A DNA stretch of 64,000 nt from positions 25,296,001-25,360,000 of the forward strand of contig NW_027266265.1 of the NCBI RefSeq assembly GCF_022045235.1. Direction: 5' to 3'. This DNA comes from Haliotis cracherodii. Lineage: Eukaryota. Both the position numbers and the translations under genes were made by a program. The notes under the pieces were generated by a model. The model was not told where the DNA came from. It made no database searches and saw only the letters and a list, made by a program, of their open reading frames with translations. Shown piece after piece: positions 59,401-64,000 of this stretch (position 1 is its first letter; each line of letters begins with the position of its first letter).

Positions 59401-62400
59401 TGGGTAACAATACTGTTAGAATTTCCCGCTCAAATGCATTCTTCTGCATTACGGACGTTAGAAAAAAAAAGAAAAAAAGCCATTAGATTTACGTGTTATG
59501 TTATCTGCCACAATGTATATCTTATGCAATAGAAAGTACAGCAGGAAACCGCATATCATAAACCTGTTCGGCTTTATCTATGTGGAGCAGGGCTTGAGGT
59601 CATACCACACGTGACATCCTTACCACGTCAGGTTCTCAGTTTGGCCACAAGGCATCCGACTTCAGGAAGAAGGATCGTTGTACGCATCCCAGTATGACTC
59701 TCGGATGGTTTATGGTCAATTATGTATGCAAGTTACTTACACATTCTACTACATGTGATTCCAATTTGTATTCTGTTAAGTTTATTAAAAATAGAAATGG
59801 AGAAATGTGTGACATTTGTCAACTAATTCCTTACTCACAAGAGAAGTAAAGAGGCCCTGTGTCAACGGGCTTGTGCCGAGCATAACAAAATCCAATCTTC
59901 TATTACCCTGGATTGCATGTTAAATATACGCATTAAGAAAGATCAATATCGTCCAAGTTGACAGATGGCTGTACACATTCCAATAACCCGCCTTGGATAA
60001 TCGTGTTCTTCTTTCCAGTATGTGTTCTTATGGTGGTTTATTTTAAAACAATATTTATTTGTCCATTTTAAGTAAAAGGCATGTATCCAGACATTTCTCA
60101 AGTGTACAATGGATACTTTCTTCCCCTTACTATATTCGTGTAAATGACGCACGGGGTGTCCAACTGGCGCTATCTGTGTTGGCAGGGGTAACACATCCTC
60201 CAGACACCTGTCAGGACAAGTTAACCAACTGCCACGAGTATGAGAAGAGTGCGTGCGTCGATTACAAGTCGTGGGCCACAGAGAACTGTGCTAGATACTG
60301 CCAGATATGTACACGTACGTCTTTAGAACAGCACACTTGTACACAATTGAAAGGTTTAATTCTTGTGCTTATTTTATCTGATCGTTATAATTTAAGCCTG
60401 TACGCGTAATAGACAATCATTGAATATTACAATTAAAATGTTAATCCGTTGTTTAAAAAATAGTGGTCTCAATGGAGTGAGTTCCTAAGCTTCATCGTTG
60501 TACATGACTGTTTTGCCTGCCCATGGATACGCCCTCGTCCCTCTGCCCACAGCCCAGTTCACCGTCACTGAGGAGTGTAAAGACAAGCTGGACAACTGCA
60601 AGATGTACGCGGCCGACACGTGTCAGTCTTTCGGGCCCTGGGCACACACCAACTGTCGTCAGTATTGCGGATTCTGTGGTAGGTTCAACTTCCTCATCCT
60701 CACAAGACAGTCACTACATGAGTTCAGAACCCCGCATCTACATACAGATACATATAGCGGACATGACACCGTCTACATACAGACACATGTAGCGGACATG
60801 ACACCGTATACATACAGACACATATAGCGGACATGACACCATCTACATACAGATACATATAGCGGACATGACACCATCTACATACAGATACATATAGCGG
60901 ACATGACACCGTCTACATACAGACACATGTAGCGGACATGACACCATCTACCTACTGACATATATAGCGGACATGGCACCATCAACATACAGATACATAC
61001 AGCGGACATGACACCGTCTACATACAGATACATGTACCGGACATGGCACCATCTTCATACAGATACATATAGCGGACATGACACCATCTACATACAGATA
61101 CATATAGCGGACATGACACCATCTACATACAGAGACATATAGCGGACATGACACCATCTACATACACACACATATAGTGGACATGGCACCATCTACAAAC
61201 AGATACATATAGCGGACATGGCACCATCAGCATACAGACACATATAGGTGAGGTGAAATGGGGTTTTACGTCGCGTCCAAGATTAATGAACTTATATAGC
61301 GACGTGCATATACATGTGTGTGTGTTTGTGTGGCTGCGTGTACTACTAGTCAGGACTGATGCCGATTTATAGTGCTAGCGCACTGAGATACCATGCCGCA
61401 GTTTAACATGAATACCCCACTCAGACACAGTATACTGACTCCGAGCCGACCAGTCCTTGTTTTAGCCCCTTAATGCCGAGCGCCAGACAGGGTAACAACA
61501 AGTACCATCTTTTAACGTCTTTTGGTATGACGCGGCCGGGGATCGAACCCCGGACCTTCCGCTCTCCGGGCGGACGCTCTACCACTAGACCACGGAGGCG
61601 GTCCAGACACATATAGCGGACATAACACCATCAACATACAGATACATATAGCGGACATGACACCATCTACATATAGACACATTTAGCCGACATGGCATCA
61701 TCTACATACAGACACATATAGCGGACATGGCACGATTAACATACAGACACACATAGAGGACATGACACCGTCTACATACAGACATATATAGCGGACATGG
61801 CATCATCTACATACAGACAGGTTAATTTGTTCAGTTTACTGTGATTTGGTCTGACACCGACTAAACAATGGGTTGTTTTTGTTGTAGGCGACTTCTCAGC
61901 AGGATTCTGTGAGTAGCTCCATCTCCCTGGCCTTTTTCTGAGCAACCAATAATAGAAGTTCCTCGCACGTGCACGTTTAGAAACGTTTGGGTTGCGTTCT
62001 ACAGCCTGTTGTAGTGCTCCTGTCGTTCTTCCGCCAGGTGATGTTAAGTTATCATTCACAATTAAACCCGTGAAAATCCGGATCAGATCAGGTCTTCAGC
62101 AACCCATATGCTTGCCGTAAAAGGCGATTATGCTTGTCGTTAAGAGCCGACTGACGAGATCAGGTGGTCAGACTTGCTCTCTTGGTACATGTCATCGTAT
62201 CCCAATTGTGTAGATCGATGCTCATGATGTAAATCACTGGATTGTCTAATATAGACTCCATTATTTACAGACTGCTTTCAAGGTTGTTGAGTGCGGCGTT
62301 ATACAACAAACAAACAAACATTCACAATGACTACGTTACCTTTGTCTACCCTTTTCAATCTCACTATGATGTATCATCATATTATATATACCAACACGCG

Positions 62401-63256
62401 TCGATAGCAAGAGATAAATAATGTCGATCGCATAATATAACTTTTTCGAGTTTTGGAAATATGCTGTATGAAATGTTGAGGGTGAGATGTATTATCCGTT
62501 ATCGTTATAAATCATTACTTTTAAAAATAATGTTCCGTGTGATGCTCACGATGATGTTTGATGTTTCGAAATAGTAAGAGTGCATCATGGCGCGAGAATA
62601 TATCTGTAGATATCAACTGTCATCACTTGACTGAACATATTCTAACACCATGATATTGCGCCAGTTGGGCAGTGTTTCTACAAGGGAAAGGCGTACAAGC
62701 AGGGAGATCGATGGGACGATGGTTGTGACTACGAATGTGTCTGTGAGAACGGCAATACCGGGAAATACCGCTGCTATAACAAGTACGTATTAGACTCATC
62801 ACTGATGCTGTGAGTGAGAGTAGCGACATAGAGTGTGGTCACAAGGAATATTAGTAAACAAGGTAAACATGCCCATCGCTTCTGCAGAGGACCTCTCACT
62901 GCACTGCGCGTTAAAAAGTAGCGTCTCACCGAGGTTTGGGGCTGGAGGGTCATTGGCTGCCCGTATATCACGTTAAGACAATCTTTAAGCATTGTCACAT
63001 TAACATTCTAAACATTTTGATAACTAAAGATAGGGTCCCAAGAGAATAAAATGAACAGCATATTGTCTAATCTGTTCAGAAGATCTAAGTAAGTGTGTAC
63101 TACCTTCGTGTAGGTGTCCTATATATAACGACCTGCCGGGCCAGTGCACGCTTGTGGCCACCCCGGGGCAGTGCTGCCTCAAGCCCGTATGCAACTTCCA
63201 GCAGAAGGTGACAACCAACACCGGATCTGGGCTGGGCAAAACACCAACAGGAATCA
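56390..63256 (+). CDS. Secreted VWA-VWA-ShKT-ShKT-VWC-like extracellular protein (matrilin/collagen VI-like); 3'-partial, continues past the window
   Basis: Exons 56390-56468, 56910-56954, 57468-57850, 57993-58173, 58333-58371, 58515-59078, 59364-59399, 60186-60314, 60553-60678, 61888-61908, 62665-62782 and 63114-63256 are all GT-AG, phase-compatible and open. Confidence 0.88.
56910..56954 (+). CDS. VWA gene exon 2 (VERQAYYNSGINNNY)
   Basis: tttcag| ... |gtaagt, 45 nt. Confidence 0.75.
57468..57850 (+). CDS. VWA gene exon 3 (VWA1 N-part)
   Basis: DVEFVLDSSDTVG..F..IGPQRIQVGVVTY. Confidence 0.92.
57993..58173 (+). CDS. VWA gene exon 4 (VWA1 C-part)
   Basis: EAQAARDHGVAIYNVAVGSGVDTNEIQNIATSP. 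Confidence 0.9.
58333..58371 (+). CDS. VWA gene exon 5 (linker EVPGSNTMLPQPN)
   Basis: tttcag| ... |gtgcgt, 39 nt. Confidence 0.7.
58515..59078 (+). CDS. VWA gene exon 6 (VWA2)
   Basis: CLQKADLVFMIDSSSNVG..GGGTNTADAL..GARTDVPRIGIVITNG..AC. Confidence 0.93.
59364..59399 (+). CDS. VWA gene exon 7 (linker NRMVPGHTGGQ)
   Basis: tttcag| ... |gtgggt, 36 nt. Confidence 0.6.
60186..60314 (+). CDS. VWA gene exon 8 (ShKT1)
   Basis: CQDKLTNC..C..WATENCARYCQIC. Confidence 0.9.
60553..60678 (+). CDS. VWA gene exon 9 (ShKT2)
   Basis: CKDKLDNC..C..WAHTNCRQYCGFC. Confidence 0.9.
60735..61820. repeat. 35-bp minisatellite (atctacatacagatacatatagcggacatgacacc) split by a SINE
   Basis: Tandem periodicity. 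Confidence 0.95.
61248..61603 (-). mobile_element. Full-length tRNA SINE family D (Meta-domain-like) with 13-bp TSD cagacacatatag
   Basis: tRNA head, ggccgcgtcataccaaaagacgttaaaagatggtacttgttg core, and gacgtaaaacc tail. TSD at 61235-61247 and 61604-61616. Confidence 0.85.
61888..61908 (+). CDS. VWA gene exon 10 (21-nt micro-exon, DFSAGF)
   Basis: ttgtag| ... |gtgagt, phase 1-1. Confidence 0.55.
62066..62319 (+). mobile_element. SINE family A
   Basis: Family homology. cattcacaat on both flanks. Confidence 0.85.
62665..62782 (+). CDS. VWA gene exon 11 (VWC-like N-half)
   Basis: CFYKGKAYKQGDRWDDGCDYECVC..YRCYN. Confidence 0.9.
63114..63256 (+). CDS. VWA gene exon 12 (VWC-like C-half)
   Basis: CPIYNDLPGQCTLV..GQCCLKPVC, ends A|gtgagt. 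Confidence 0.9.
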
Positions 63257-63469
63257 GTGAGTGGCAATCGGTTATAGTCTGGATACAGGTCTACAAGTAT
63301 CACTTCAGACAAATTCGAGAATAATCCTTTTCAGTGTAGATCATATGCCCATTCTACATTACAGTGTTAACAATGCAGACGTTATTTAAACAAGGCGCAA
63401 CCGCTTTGCTTCATAGGTAAAGATAGCTAAGTTGCGAACAGAAGATAGACCTGTTGAAGCCATCACAAT

Positions 63470-63537
63470 ATGGGAATCGAACCACCGACTTGGCGCTTTC
63501 CGAGTAGACGCTCTAGACACTAGACCACAGAGGCGGA
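63470..63537 (-). mobile_element. Isolated tRNA head of SINE family D
   Basis: Matches 61540-61600. Confidence 0.55.
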
Positions 63538-64000
63538 CGGGTTTTTTTCGAATCTGGTGGGAATAACATCTGAACAGGGAAATTTCACTCTTACATATTA
63601 AAGATAGTTATTACTGATAAATATAATTCTATGCACTATAAATGGTTGATTTCGAACTTGATGATAGGGTTGCGTGACATTCTTATTCTTAAGAAGATGT
63701 TAGACGAAGTATAAATGTTGCTAACAAATGTTTGTTCACGTTCATACCAAAAACCAGTAGACAATAGACTGTTTAACTGTTGCTGTCCTGGCAGCGCGGT
63801 TAGCCTCACCACTACCACAGTACACCATTTCTTTACAAGACGTCATCCTGTCTTATATTACACCAGTAAGTCATAACACACACATATGTACATAGTCTCA
63901 TTCTTCTCTAACATCTTTTGAGGATGACTGCTTCACGCATGAATTGATTACACGCAAATAATTGGCAAATGGTAGTTATCACAAAAGGATTTTAAGACAC

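Overview
Eukaryotic animal genomic DNA with spliceosomal introns and three N-gaps. The SINE, Tc1, Academ and LINE families point to a mollusc, probably a gastropod such as abalone (inference). There are two divergent genes. (1) A complete 11-exon minus-strand gene (CDS 40987->12074, 936 nt, 311 aa) for a six-EF-hand calbindin-32/Cbp53E/calretinin-family protein. (2) The first 12 exons of a plus-strand secreted protein (signal peptide, RKKR, VWA, VWA, ShKT, ShKT, VWC-like) starting at 56390 and running off the window. The rest is a nested pile of retroelements (Copia RNase H, DIRS/Ngaro RNase H, several LINEs), an Academ remnant, Tc1/mariner copies and a MITE, four SINE families and about 12 minisatellite arrays. 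Most ORF-track entries are repeat artefacts. Three features stand out: an inverted copy of calbindin exon 2 with both splice sites captured inside a Tc1 element in intron 1; an intronic repeat array built from the exon-6 splice donor, giving an in-frame alternative donor and about 35 donor-like copies; and a four-part graded satellite just upstream of the VWA gene.
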